Origin: an uncultured Candidatus Saccharibacteria bacterium
GTDB taxonomy: Bacteria; Patescibacteriota; Minisyncoccia; Phycocordibacterales; CSBR16-119
NCBI GenBank assembly: GCA_964589975.1
Contig: CAZPVH010000001.1
Coordinates: 100,853-164,852, forward strand
Reading direction: 5' to 3'
DNA length: 64,000 nucleotides
Shown: positions 47,711-56,606 of the stretch, piece after piece
Layout of the letters: every line of letters starts with the position of its first letter
Position numbering within the stretch: the stretch's first letter is position 1
Made by a program: the position numbers and the translations under genes
Notes under the pieces: generated by a model
What the model saw: only the letters and a program-made list of their open reading frames with translations
The model's database searches: none
What the model was told of the DNA's origin: nothing

Positions 47711-48415
47711 ATGGAAAATGTGAATCTCGTAACTTCATTCATCGCCGGCCTCTTTATGTTCTTGGCTCCTTGCACGCTTCCGCTTGTGCCTGGATTTATC
47801 GCTTTTATCTCACATGGAGAGAAAGAGCGGACAACGCGAAGCGCGCTGATGTTTTGTCTAGGGTTTCTTATGACGTTCATGATCTTCGGACTCTTGGCCG
47901 GACTCCTGGGTTACGCCCTCGCGCCAGTAAAAGCTGTGATTGAGAAAATTGGCGCGGTGTTTATCATCGTCCTTGGTTTCTACATGATCGGATTATTTAA
48001 TCTGCCATTCTTTAAGGGCCAATTATTCGGTGAGAAATTTCGAAATATTTTTAAAGGGAAACACTCGCCATTTATTTTCGGAGTTTCAATAGCGCTTGGT
48101 TGGTCGCCATGCGTCGGCCCCGTGCTGGCGGGAATATTTTTCTACGCCGCGTTTTCTTACAGCGTCTTCCAAGCGCTTTGGCTTTTCTTATTCTTCTCAC
48201 TCGGCTTTATTCTGCCGTTTCTTTTCATCGCCCACCTCATAAAAAGAGGCAGGAAGGTCACGCTTCGCTCTTCGCGCTGGTTTTCAGTCTTGGCCGGACT
48301 TATCCTCATATTCATAGGCATTCTTCTGTGGCGCGGCAAATTCGGCCAGCTTTCCGGATGGCTTTATAGCGCTCTGGATTTTCTAGACTACGAAAAGCTA
48401 AACAATCTCCTATAG
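47711..48415 (+). CDS. ccdA: CcdA/DsbD-family thiol-disulfide membrane protein
   Basis: FIAGL..FLAPCTLPLVP.F and GWSPCVGPVL. Confidence 0.85.
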   Translation: MENVNLVTSFIAGLFMFLAPCTLPLVPGFIAFISHGEKERTTRSALMFCLGFLMTFMIFGLLAGLLGYALAPVKAVIEKIGAVFIIVLGFYMIGLFNLPFFKGQLFGEKFRNIFKGKHSPFIFGVSIALGWSPCVGPVLAGIFFYAAFSYSVFQALWLFLFFSLGFILPFLFIAHLIKRGRKVTLRSSRWFSVLAGLILIFIGILLWRGKFGQLSGWLYSALDFLDYEKLNNLL

Positions 48416-48451
48416 CTTGATATAAATTTGCGTTATGATATTGTTTTAATT

Positions 48452-48694
48452 AATTCCGTTTCGAGCCCCAAGGGGATTTCGAAAGCAGCGCAGCTAGCCT
48501 TAGCGGATAGAGGGGGCAAAACGTCCAAGAAGTGAAAGTAGGGGTACCCCTCGTGCGCGGCCCGTAAGCCCGTAAAACCCTGGTTCTCGGTTAGGAGGTG
48601 CGTCGGAGTCCACACAAGTGGCGCGCACCTCCGCCGAGGATTTATTAGCTCTTTTGAAGACTAAAGCCCCTGAACACTTGTGTTCAGGGGCTTT
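48452..48694 (+). ncRNA. Candidate structured non-coding RNA of unknown family
   Basis: GC-rich, multi-hairpin ~240-nt gap between TTGATA-16-TATTGT (48417-48444) and a terminator; no convincing ORF. Confidence 0.45.
48663..48694. terminator. Bidirectional terminator, AAAGCCCC family
   Basis: AAAGCCCCTGAACAC-tt-GTGTTCAGGGGCTTT. Confidence 0.85.
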
Positions 48695-48697
48695 CTG

Positions 48698-49387
48698 TTA
48701 TTTTGATTTTCTAGTCTGCTTTTTAACCGGCTCAGGATCTTTCATTTCAAGTCCCGGGATGATGGTCGGGATGAAGTCTCCAATTTTCCTGAGCCAAATC
48801 AAGAAATTCTTTTGGATGTAGCGGAGGATGACGATGGTGCCGATGGTAAGAAGTCCGATTAATAGGTAGTTCTTGAATCTTGCAACCCCATCGGTGATGA
48901 ACTCAATCTGCTTGTGGAAATGATGACCAAGCCCTAGGAAGACATTCACATATATAACAAGCGCTAAAAAGTTGTGAGAGAGGAAAGTTTTTCGATTTAC
49001 TCGGAGGTATCCTGACATAACCGGCCCGATAAATCGGAGGTATACTAGAAAACGCGAGAAGAAAATAATTTTATTGATATGTTTCTTCGTGTAAGCCTCG
49101 TTCTTTAATAGGCCTCTTTTCTCAAGCCTCTTGATAAAACTTTTGACCAGCTTGCTGCCGCGGAACGCCAGGCTGTAGAGGACATAGTCAGAAAGCATTA
49201 GTCCCAGGACGAAGAGAGCCATGACAATAGGGTAGAGAAAAAGCCCGTTGCCAGAAAGATACCCCATAACAACCAGGATCAACTCTTCTGGAACGGGAAT
49301 AAAAATATTTGAGAGAATAGCTAAAATGAAGACTCCAAAATAAGAGAGTCCTCCGACCGAGTCCAGGATTAAATTCGCTTCTTCCAT
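48698..49387 (-). CDS. DedA family membrane protein
   Basis: PVPEELIL...GYL, G..LSDY.LY, IFFSRFL..LRF..P..SG. Confidence 0.9.
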   Translation of the reverse strand: MEEANLILDSVGGLSYFGVFILAILSNIFIPVPEELILVVMGYLSGNGLFLYPIVMALFVLGLMLSDYVLYSLAFRGSKLVKSFIKRLEKRGLLKNEAYTKKHINKIIFFSRFLVYLRFIGPVMSGYLRVNRKTFLSHNFLALVIYVNVFLGLGHHFHKQIEFITDGVARFKNYLLIGLLTIGTIVILRYIQKNFLIWLRKIGDFIPTIIPGLEMKDPEPVKKQTRKSK

Positions 49388-49416
49388 TTGATGCTTCCAT
49401 TATACCAAGCGGCATG

Positions 49417-49476
49417 CCCCCACACCAAGTTGATTGTTTCTAACCAGGGCCCTAATTTAAAAACTTAGTGTGGGGG
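49417..49476. repeat. 60-bp intergenic inverted-repeat element
   Basis: CCCCCACACCAAGTT...AACTTAGTGTGGGGG (14 of 15 paired) between divergent genes. Confidence 0.6.
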
Positions 49477-49537
49477 TGTATTTTTAAAAAAGTGGATGGG
49501 TGGTATAATGTCTTCATTAGCCTTAACTTTTATAACT

Positions 49538-49996
49538 ATGGAAAATAATTCATTCAAGACTCTAATGTGGATACTGCTCGGCCTTGCTGTTGTGGTTGTG
49601 GCAGTTATTATTCTGACTAAAAATAAAGACAAAAGTGGAGATGAAAATATGGTCATTGGCACGGCCGATGTGGACTCAGTTGATATCTTAAAGCTTGAAT
49701 CATTCCCGGTTCAGATCAGTGTCGTCGCAAAGGGTAATCTCCCTGACGGCTGCACTACTCTAGGTGACGCAAAAGAAACTTTTGACGGCAAAAGCGATTT
49801 CTCTATACGTCTTGAAACAAAGCGACCAATCGATGGTGCTTGTACTCAGGCCCTGGTACCGTTTGAGAAGAGCATTAACCTTGCCGGGGCAAATGGTCTC
49901 ACAAAAGGAACATACACAGTGGATGTTAATGGCGTAAAGAAATCTTTCACTCTAGATATGGACAACTTCATTAGTGAAGAAGACCCTCTTAAATAA
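49538..49996 (+). CDS. Membrane-anchored hypothetical protein
   Basis: N-terminal TM; LESFPVQ..V..KG.LPDGC...CTQAL.PFE..I.L...GTY.V.VNG. Confidence 0.75.
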   Translation: MENNSFKTLMWILLGLAVVVVAVIILTKNKDKSGDENMVIGTADVDSVDILKLESFPVQISVVAKGNLPDGCTTLGDAKETFDGKSDFSIRLETKRPIDGACTQALVPFEKSINLAGANGLTKGTYTVDVNGVKKSFTLDMDNFISEEDPLK

Positions 49997-49998
49997 AC

Positions 49999-50445
49999 AT
50001 GTTTAGGTACGCCTCCTTGGTTTTGGCTGTTCTGTTGATCGCGACACCGGTTTTCGCGCAGGATAAGGATGCAAAAAGAACTGAAGCCAAAGAAAAAACA
50101 GGATTTCTTCAAAAACTCAACTTCGAAGAAGGGACATTTCTTGGGAATGCCAATGTGAAGTTCATGAAGCTAGTAAACAGAGTGGAAGATTGGCGCCTAG
50201 AAACTAAAGAAAAAATAGAAACCTCACTCGACAAGATAGAGACTCGCCGGGAAGATGAAAAAGAACCGAGCACAGCTGTTAAGGTGATTACGGTACTGCA
50301 TATCGCGCTACTTGCGATCCTCCTTTTCCTATTTTCTCTCCAATTTGTTTTTTGGACGGTCTCCATCCTACTAGTCATTGCTTTCATTCGTCGAATAGTC
50401 AGATTTATTGCAGGACTAATTCGTCGCGATCATATTTCCGCTTGA
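49999..50445 (+). CDS. Hypothetical membrane protein
   Basis: Signal peptide, helical region, C-terminal TM. Confidence 0.65.
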   Translation: MFRYASLVLAVLLIATPVFAQDKDAKRTEAKEKTGFLQKLNFEEGTFLGNANVKFMKLVNRVEDWRLETKEKIETSLDKIETRREDEKEPSTAVKVITVLHIALLAILLFLFSLQFVFWTVSILLVIAFIRRIVRFIAGLIRRDHISA

Positions 50446-50482
50446 TTTTGACCCAAGTCTCAGTTCATATATAATGCGGAAT

Positions 50483-50758
50483 ATGGAACGCACAGGACTT
50501 TATTATCCCATTACTATTCTTATGGCTGTTTCAGCCATTTTTTGGCCATTTTGGGTAACGGCCATTTTTTTCATTGTTGGAGTATTGTTGTTTGAGAATT
50601 TTTACCCGGGGCTCATGATTTTATTCGTGATGGACGCTGTGTATGGATTTGAGACTTTTCGCGTAGGTCCTGTTTATGGATTCCTTACAATTAGCGGCAT
50701 ACTACTATTTATCTTTATGAAAATTATAAAGGGTTCTACTTCAATAATAAATCGTTAG
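50483..50758 (+). CDS. Small polytopic membrane protein, possibly MreD-like
   Basis: Hydrophobic; immediately upstream of PBP2; TTGACC-16-TATAAT 7 nt before ATG 50483. Confidence 0.6.
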   Translation: MERTGLYYPITILMAVSAIFWPFWVTAIFFIVGVLLFENFYPGLMILFVMDAVYGFETFRVGPVYGFLTISGILLFIFMKIIKGSTSIINR

Positions 50759-50759
50759 T

Positions 50760-52517
50760 ATGTTTTTTAGAAAAAGGAGAAAACTAAATAAAATAGGTAT
50801 TGATTTCGACGAGATTCTGATGGATTCAAAGAATCTTGGCGACTTCGATACACAGCAGTTCGAAGGCCGAATTGAACAAACTATCTCGAAACAAGCCATT
50901 TGGTCCATTGGCCTTGTGTTCTCGCTTGTGATTGTTATTTTTGCCGGACGGCTTCATGCTCTCCAGATAAAGAAAGGTGAAGAATATCGCGTGCTTTCAG
51001 AAAAAAATAGCTTAGATAGTCAGATAATTTTTGCTGATCGAGGGGTTATCTTTGATCGCAATGGCATCGAACTTGCATGGAATGAACGAACGCCGGAAAT
51101 GACAGAGTTTGATTTCTCGCACCGCGCTTATACCAAAGAACCGGGCGCGTCAGTATTGCTTGGTTACATAAAATATCCGCAAAAGGATAAAAAGGGTTAC
51201 TATTGGCAAACTAACTTTACCGGAATGGATGGTATAGAAAAAGAATATAACGACGACCTATCCGGTGAAAATGGTTCTAAGATTATTGAAGTTGATGCGC
51301 TGGGTGAGGTGGGTGGAGAAAATATTTTAAATTCGCCTGAGCACGGTAAAAACATAACTCTCACCATTGACCAGCGTCTCCAGTCAGCAATGTATAACTC
51401 CATGAAGACTTTATCTGAAGACATCGGTTATCAGGGTGGCGCAGGTGCCATCATGGACCTCTCTACAGGAGAACTTATTGTCGCCACGAGTTTTCCGGAG
51501 TATGATCCGGGCGTTATTACTGACGGCAGCGACGATGCACTCATAACTTCATATTTTCAAGATCAGAGGAAGCCATTCTTGAATAGATTTGTCTCCGGAC
51601 TTTATTCACCGGGATCTATCGTGAAGCCATTCATTGCGATCGGTGCTTTGAATGAGGGAATAATTACTCCTAGCACCACAGTTTTATCAACTGGAGAGAT
51701 AAAAGTTCCGAACCCATATGACCCTGAGCTTTCAACGACATTCAAAGATTGGAAAGAAGGAGGACACGGAGTTACTGATGTACGTAAAGCCTTGGCAGAA
51801 TCGGTTAACACTTTTTTCTACGCCATCAGCGGAGGTTATAAGGGTCAAAAGGGCATGGGTATAGCTAAAATTGAAGAATACATCCGCTTGTTTGATATCG
51901 GCGACAAGACAAATACTGATATTGGCGGGGAAGTCTCGGGAACTGTTCCAAGTCCAGAATGGAAAAAAAGAATATTTAATGGTGAGGCGTGGCGACTTGG
52001 AGATACTTACCACACTGCCATTGGGCAATATGGTTTTCAGGTCACGCCAGCCGAAATGCTCCGCGCTATTTCGGCTATCGCCAATGATGGGACTCTTGTA
52101 ACTCCTCATGTGGTAATGAATACTGAGCCATACTTAAAACATATCGAAAAAAATCTTCCGGCAGAAGATTATGAAGTAATTCGCGAGGGACTGCGGAGCG
52201 TGATCACCGAGGGAACAGGACAAGTTCTAAATGTTCCGTATGTCCATTTGGCAGGTAAGACTGGTACGGCCCAGGCCGGTGTGGGAAATAAATACATAAA
52301 CTCTTGGACGATTGGGTTCTTTCCATATGAAGATCCGAAATATGCTTACGTGCTCCTGATGGAAAAAGGTCCCAAAACTGGAGATCGCTCGGCTTCGTTC
52401 GCCTTGAGGACGTTTCTTGACTGGATGAAAGAAAACACGCCGGAGTATTTTGGCCTGCCGCCAGCTGAGCCGAAGCCTGCGCCAGAGGATGTACCCACTG
52501 ACGAGGAACAGGTTTAA
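50760..52517 (+). CDS. mrdA: Penicillin-binding protein 2 (class B)
   Basis: RGVIFDRNG, GSIVKP (SxxK), ESVNTFFY (SxN), GKTGTAQ, W..GDTYH.AIGQ. Confidence 0.88.
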   Translation: MFFRKRRKLNKIGIDFDEILMDSKNLGDFDTQQFEGRIEQTISKQAIWSIGLVFSLVIVIFAGRLHALQIKKGEEYRVLSEKNSLDSQIIFADRGVIFDRNGIELAWNERTPEMTEFDFSHRAYTKEPGASVLLGYIKYPQKDKKGYYWQTNFTGMDGIEKEYNDDLSGENGSKIIEVDALGEVGGENILNSPEHGKNITLTIDQRLQSAMYNSMKTLSEDIGYQGGAGAIMDLSTGELIVATSFPEYDPGVITDGSDDALITSYFQDQRKPFLNRFVSGLYSPGSIVKPFIAIGALNEGIITPSTTVLSTGEIKVPNPYDPELSTTFKDWKEGGHGVTDVRKALAESVNTFFYAISGGYKGQKGMGIAKIEEYIRLFDIGDKTNTDIGGEVSGTVPSPEWKKRIFNGEAWRLGDTYHTAIGQYGFQVTPAEMLRAISAIANDGTLVTPHVVMNTEPYLKHIEKNLPAEDYEVIREGLRSVITEGTGQVLNVPYVHLAGKTGTAQAGVGNKYINSWTIGFFPYEDPKYAYVLLMEKGPKTGDRSASFALRTFLDWMKENTPEYFGLPPAEPKPAPEDVPTDEEQV

Positions 52518-52556
52518 ATTGACTTAAAGCCCTCAAAAGGCTAAAATTTGGCCACT

Positions 52557-53024
52557 ATGATCGATAAAGAACTGATAACCAAAGAGCGAAAGGCTGAGCT
52601 CGAAGCAGAGCTGAGACGCCTGGAAGGAGAAGAAAGGAGAGAAATAATCGAAAGTCTAGAGTTCGCCAAATCACTTGGCGACCTTTCTGAAAATGCCGAA
52701 TATCACCAAGCTAGAGAGGCTCAGGGTAAGCTTGAAGACCGCGTTAGGGAAATCAAAAGAATTTTGAAAGACGCCGAAGTTGTTTCCGGCAAGAAAAAGG
52801 GCGATACTGCTCAGATTGGTTCTATTGTCACTGTCCAGAAAAAAGGGGACAAGGATAAAAGGAAATTCATTATCGTTGGCGAAGGTGAGGCTGACATGGC
52901 TGCAGGCAAAATCTCTTATCAATCTCCACTTGGTTCGGCTATTTATGGACACAAGAAAGGCGACAAGACCGTATTCGACAGTCCGGCCGGATCGGTTGAA
53001 TATACTATCGTAGACATGGAATAA
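52557..53024 (+). CDS. greA: Transcription elongation factor GreA
   Basis: GDLSENAEYHQA, IVG..EAD...GKIS..SPLG.A; promoter TTGACT-17-TAAAAT at 52519-52547. Confidence 0.95.
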   Translation: MIDKELITKERKAELEAELRRLEGEERREIIESLEFAKSLGDLSENAEYHQAREAQGKLEDRVREIKRILKDAEVVSGKKKGDTAQIGSIVTVQKKGDKDKRKFIIVGEGEADMAAGKISYQSPLGSAIYGHKKGDKTVFDSPAGSVEYTIVDME

Positions 53025-53030
53025 ATTGAG

Positions 53031-53142
53031 TCCCGTTATAAGCCGCGGTCGCTATGAAATATAAAATGATAATACTAGAAAGCAAAGTTAAAAATATAAT
53101 ACGAGCAAGTCGCGCCAAGACCGCGACCTGCTTCTAACGGGA
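53031..53142. mobile_element. MITE-like inverted-repeat element, copy 2 (112 bp, TGAG on both sides)
   Basis: TGAG|TCCCGTTATAAGCCGCGGTCG...GACCGCGACCTGCTTCTAACGGGA|TGAG. Confidence 0.75.
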
Positions 53143-54599
53143 TGAGCGCCCCAGACTCATTAAAAGAGGTGAGACTTCAAAAACTAGAGCTTCTCAAAAG
53201 CGCTGGCATGGATCCATACCCGGCTCGCGCTGATCGTGATTTCACTTTGGCCGAGGCCAAAGAAAAATTCGAAGATCTTGGCGAGCGAAGTCTATCGCTT
53301 GCGGGGCGCATCATGGCTATCCGCGGACAGGGAGCCATACTTTTTACTGTTCTAAATGATGGAACTGATTCTTTCCAGTCAGTGTTCAAGAAGGACGAGC
53401 TTGATGAAAATTTATTCAATCTTTTTGTCGACGCTGTTGACGTCGGGGATTTCATTTCCGTAACGGGTACATTTTTCACCACCCAAAAAGGTGAGAAGAG
53501 CCTTTTGGTCAAAGGTTGGAATATTCTTTCAAAGTCGCTTCTTCCTATGCCGGAGAAATGGGCGGGTATTCAGGACGAAGAGCTCCGACTCAGGAAGAGA
53601 TACCTTGATCTCCTTATGGACAAGGAAGCTCGCGATCTCTTTTACAAGAAATCAAAATTCTGGGAAGCGACAAGAAACTTTTTGAAGAAAGAAGGATTTC
53701 TGGAAGTCGAAACTCCGACGCTTGAAATCACAACCGGCGGCGCCGAGGCCAGACCATTTAAAACACATCACAATGACTATGATTTGGATGTATACCTCAG
53801 AATTTCTGTCGGCGAGCTCTGGCAAAAGCGTCTCATGGCCGCGGGGTTCCCGAAAACTTTTGAAATCGGCCGAGTTTACAGAAACGAAGGATCCAGTCCG
53901 GAACATCTTCAGGAATTTACGAACATGGAATTCTACTGGTCATTCGCCGACTATAACGACGGCATGAGACTTGTCGAGAATTTGTATAAACATGTAGCGA
54001 TGGAGGTTTTTGGCACCACTATTTTTACTACTCGCGGCCACACATTCGATCTCGGACACGAATGGGGCAAGGTTGATTATGTATCGCACGTGGAAGAACA
54101 TACGGGAATCAATGTCCTCACTGCGACGGAAAAGGAAATGGAGGCAAAGCTTCGCGAGCTTGGCGTTGAATACACTGGAAATAATCGTGAAAGGCTTATG
54201 GATACGCTTTGGAAATATTGCAGGAAAAAGATTGGCGGTCCGGCATTCCTCATAAATCATCCAAAACTCGTTTCGCCGCTCGCTAAGTCATTGCCGGATG
54301 ATCCGGAGCGCACAGAGCGTTTCCAGGTGCTTCTGGCCGGTTCAGAAGTAGGGAACGGCTTCTCTGAGCTGAACGATCCTATTGATCAGAGGGCGCGCTT
54401 TGAGCTTCAGGAAAAGCTTATAGAGCGCGGGGATGATGAGGCCATGATGCCGGAATGGGAATTTGTTGAGATGCTTGAACACGGCATGCCGCCAACCTGC
54501 GGATTTGGCTTCGGTGAGCGCCTATTTGCCTTTTTGGCAGATAAACCGATCCGCGAAACTCAGCTTTTCCCACTGGTAAAGCCGCGAAAAGACAACTAA
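53142..54599 (+). CDS. lysS: Lysine--tRNA ligase (class II)
   Basis: RKRYLDL, FLEVETP, GGAEARPF.THHN, FEIGRVYRNEG, NGFSELNDP, GMPPTCGFGFG.R. Confidence 0.96.
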   Translation: MSAPDSLKEVRLQKLELLKSAGMDPYPARADRDFTLAEAKEKFEDLGERSLSLAGRIMAIRGQGAILFTVLNDGTDSFQSVFKKDELDENLFNLFVDAVDVGDFISVTGTFFTTQKGEKSLLVKGWNILSKSLLPMPEKWAGIQDEELRLRKRYLDLLMDKEARDLFYKKSKFWEATRNFLKKEGFLEVETPTLEITTGGAEARPFKTHHNDYDLDVYLRISVGELWQKRLMAAGFPKTFEIGRVYRNEGSSPEHLQEFTNMEFYWSFADYNDGMRLVENLYKHVAMEVFGTTIFTTRGHTFDLGHEWGKVDYVSHVEEHTGINVLTATEKEMEAKLRELGVEYTGNNRERLMDTLWKYCRKKIGGPAFLINHPKLVSPLAKSLPDDPERTERFQVLLAGSEVGNGFSELNDPIDQRARFELQEKLIERGDDEAMMPEWEFVEMLEHGMPPTCGFGFGERLFAFLADKPIRETQLFPLVKPRKDN

Positions 54600-54607
54600 T
54601 AAACATG

Positions 54608-54633
54608 AAGGCCCCCGCATAGCGGGGGCCTTT
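54608..54633. terminator. Bidirectional terminator
   Basis: AAGGCCCCCGC-ata-GCGGGGGCCTT. Confidence 0.8.
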
Positions 54634-54636
54634 GTT

Positions 54637-54813
54637 TTATTGGGGTTTCGGTGAGGCTTGGTCACCGTTACCGGGCTCTTTTGCCGGTTCTGCGTCGACC
54701 ACAATGGTTTCTTGAGCGTCGACAGGTCTTTCTTCGGGCTTCGATTCGCCCAGATCTTCGAAGCAACCGATAGGGACCAGTTTGCTTTTTCTCAAGGAGT
54801 AAACAGGAATCAT
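54637..54813 (-). CDS. Small ORFan, 58 aa (stand-alone unit)
   Basis: TTGACA-17-TATTAT at 54832-54860; leader AGAAAAAAATAACGCCC; MIPVYSLRKSK...; shares the lysS terminator. Confidence 0.55.
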   Translation of the reverse strand: MIPVYSLRKSKLVPIGCFEDLGESKPEERPVDAQETIVVDAEPAKEPGNGDQASPKPQ

Positions 54814-54888
54814 GGGCGTTATTTTTTTCTGATAATACAATCTCTATAATTTGTTGTCAACGCTAACTCTCAGTTATCCCCAAACAAG

Positions 54889-54954
54889 GTGGGAATAGGT
54901 TTTTCTAAGTGGGATGAAGTGGTGTATAATTTAGCCTAAGTGGGATGAAGTGGT
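54889..54954 (+). promoter_or_regulatory. MraZ operator repeats around the dcw promoter -10
   Basis: CTAAGTGGGATGAAGTGGT twice (54905-54923, 54936-54954) flanking TATAAT; GTGG boxes 10 bp apart, as known for MraZ sites. Confidence 0.8.
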
Positions 54955-54968
54955 AAGTCGAAATTTTT

Positions 54969-55403
54969 ATGTTAATAGGCGAGTTTACACATACAATCGA
55001 CGAAAAAAACCGCATCTCACTTCCGGCGAAATTCCGAAAGGAGATGGGCAATGATCTCGTGATCACACCCGGTCTCGACAACTGTCTCTTCGTCTTTACG
55101 AAGAAGGAATGGCAGAAGATTTCGGAAAAGCTCTCAGGCTTCTCGATGCTCGCGGCGGACAACCGATCGTTCAACCGATTTATGTTCGGCGGCGCGACAG
55201 AGGTGAGTGTTGATGCTATCGGCAGAATCCTCCTTCCGGATTTCCTGAAGGACAGAGCGGGACTCAAGTCGAAAGCGGCGCTCGTCGGCGTGCAGAACAG
55301 GCTCGAGATCTGGAACGACAAGGTCTGGGGCGAGTATAAGAAGGTGGTCGAGAAGCAGGCCGATGCTTTGGCCGAAAAATTGGGAGGAGTAGGCGTGATA
55401 TAG
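54969..55403 (+). CDS. mraZ: Transcriptional regulator MraZ
   Basis: GEF.HTIDEKNR..LPAKFR, GLDNCL, D..GRILLP, RLEIW. Confidence 0.95.
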   Translation: MLIGEFTHTIDEKNRISLPAKFRKEMGNDLVITPGLDNCLFVFTKKEWQKISEKLSGFSMLAADNRSFNRFMFGGATEVSVDAIGRILLPDFLKDRAGLKSKAALVGVQNRLEIWNDKVWGEYKKVVEKQADALAEKLGGVGVI

Positions 55404-55404
55404 C

Positions 55405-56295
55405 ATGCATGCCTCAGTACTTTTAAAAGAAGCAGTAGACAATCTCGATCTTTCGAAGGGTAAAACTTTGGTCGATGGAACGTTTGGTTCCGGCGGTCAT
55501 ACCAGAGAAATATGCGAAAGATTTGGAAGCGACGTTAAAATCCTGGCCTTGGACCTCGACAGAGGATCGATTGAGCGGGGAACCGAAAGATTGTCCGGAC
55601 TTACTTGCGATGTGACGCTACGAGAAGGAAACTTCCGAGACATCGACAAGTTCTTGTCCGAGACAGGAATCGGAAGCCCTGATGCTATCCTTCTAGATCT
55701 CGGTTGGAGCATGGACCAGTTCGAAGAGTCCGGCAGAGGATTTTCTTTTCGCCGCGACGAGCCGCTGTCTATGACGCTAAAGGCCGAAAAGTCTGATTCT
55801 GAATTTGACGCCGCGGATATCGTGAACACCTGGAAGGAAGAGGACATCGCGAATGTTTTGTACGGATATGGTGAAGAGCGTTTCGCTAGACGTATTGCTA
55901 GAGAGATTGTCGAAAGGCGTGACGAGAAGCCGATCAAGACGACCAAGGACTTGGTAGAGATTGTCATGAGCGCGGTTCCGGTCTTCTACAGATTCGGGCG
56001 CATCCATCCGGCGACGAAAACTTTCCAAGCGCTCAGGATTGCCGTAAATGACGAGCTTCGCAGTCTGACGGAAGCGCTCGATAAGGGATTTGAAACCCTA
56101 AAGCCGGGCGGCAGAATGGCGATCATAACTTTTCACAGTTTGGAGGATCGAATCGTGAAGAATTTTTTTAAAGAAAAAGTCGCAGAAGAAAGAGGAGAGC
56201 TTATATCGAAGAAGCCGATAGTTCCGAGCGATGAAGAATTGGAGGCAAACCCTCGGTCCAGAAGCGCAAAACTTAGAGTAATAAGGAAACAATGA
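55405..56295 (+). CDS. rsmH: 16S rRNA m4C1402 methyltransferase
   Basis: H.SVLL.E, DGTFGSGGH, RGFSF, HPATKTFQALRIAVN.EL, ITFHSLEDRIVK, NPRSRSAKLR. Confidence 0.96.
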   Translation: MHASVLLKEAVDNLDLSKGKTLVDGTFGSGGHTREICERFGSDVKILALDLDRGSIERGTERLSGLTCDVTLREGNFRDIDKFLSETGIGSPDAILLDLGWSMDQFEESGRGFSFRRDEPLSMTLKAEKSDSEFDAADIVNTWKEEDIANVLYGYGEERFARRIAREIVERRDEKPIKTTKDLVEIVMSAVPVFYRFGRIHPATKTFQALRIAVNDELRSLTEALDKGFETLKPGGRMAIITFHSLEDRIVKNFFKEKVAEERGELISKKPIVPSDEELEANPRSRSAKLRVIRKQ

Positions 56296-56606
56296 ATCAA
56301 GCACATGCAAAAATAAATACGAGAAGTTCTTGGGCCGTGGCAAGACCTTTTTACATATTTGCCGGGATTACTTTTGCAACTTTTATGTTGTATGTCGCAT
56401 TTATCGGCAAGACTATTTTTACACTTGTTGAAGAGAAAAGTCTTGAGGCCGAAAACAGGAGCCTTGCGACAGAAATTTCAGAGTTAGAGCTTCAGACTTT
56501 GGCCCAGAACGATGCAGTCTCGATTGAAAAAGCCTACTCAATGGGCTTTGTCAGCGCCAAAACTGCAGAATATGTCGCCCCTGACCTTACTCTCAGCCAT
56601 AGATGA
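56292..56606 (+). CDS. FtsL-like small bitopic protein
   Basis: TM + short coiled coil + A..MGF; lies between rsmH and ftsI. Confidence 0.65.
   Translation: MNQAHAKINTRSSWAVARPFYIFAGITFATFMLYVAFIGKTIFTLVEEKSLEAENRSLATEISELELQTLAQNDAVSIEKAYSMGFVSAKTAEYVAPDLTLSHR

Noticed and set aside
30100-48430. Bacteroidota-type TAnnTTTG promoters (e.g. 30100, 48423) as targets of the foreign sigma
   Set aside because: These are isolated matches in AT-rich spacers without a properly spaced -33 TTTG; they cannot be distinguished from chance by eye.
48452-48660. tmRNA, RNase P, SRP RNA, c-di-GMP riboswitch or twister ribozyme
   Set aside because: There is no tRNA-like TTCGA..CCA end, no GAGGAAAGTCC and no SRP GGAAG..AGCAG loop. 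GCGGCCCGTAAGCCCGT resembles twister P4, but the other conserved strands could not be placed. Kept only as an unknown ncRNA candidate.
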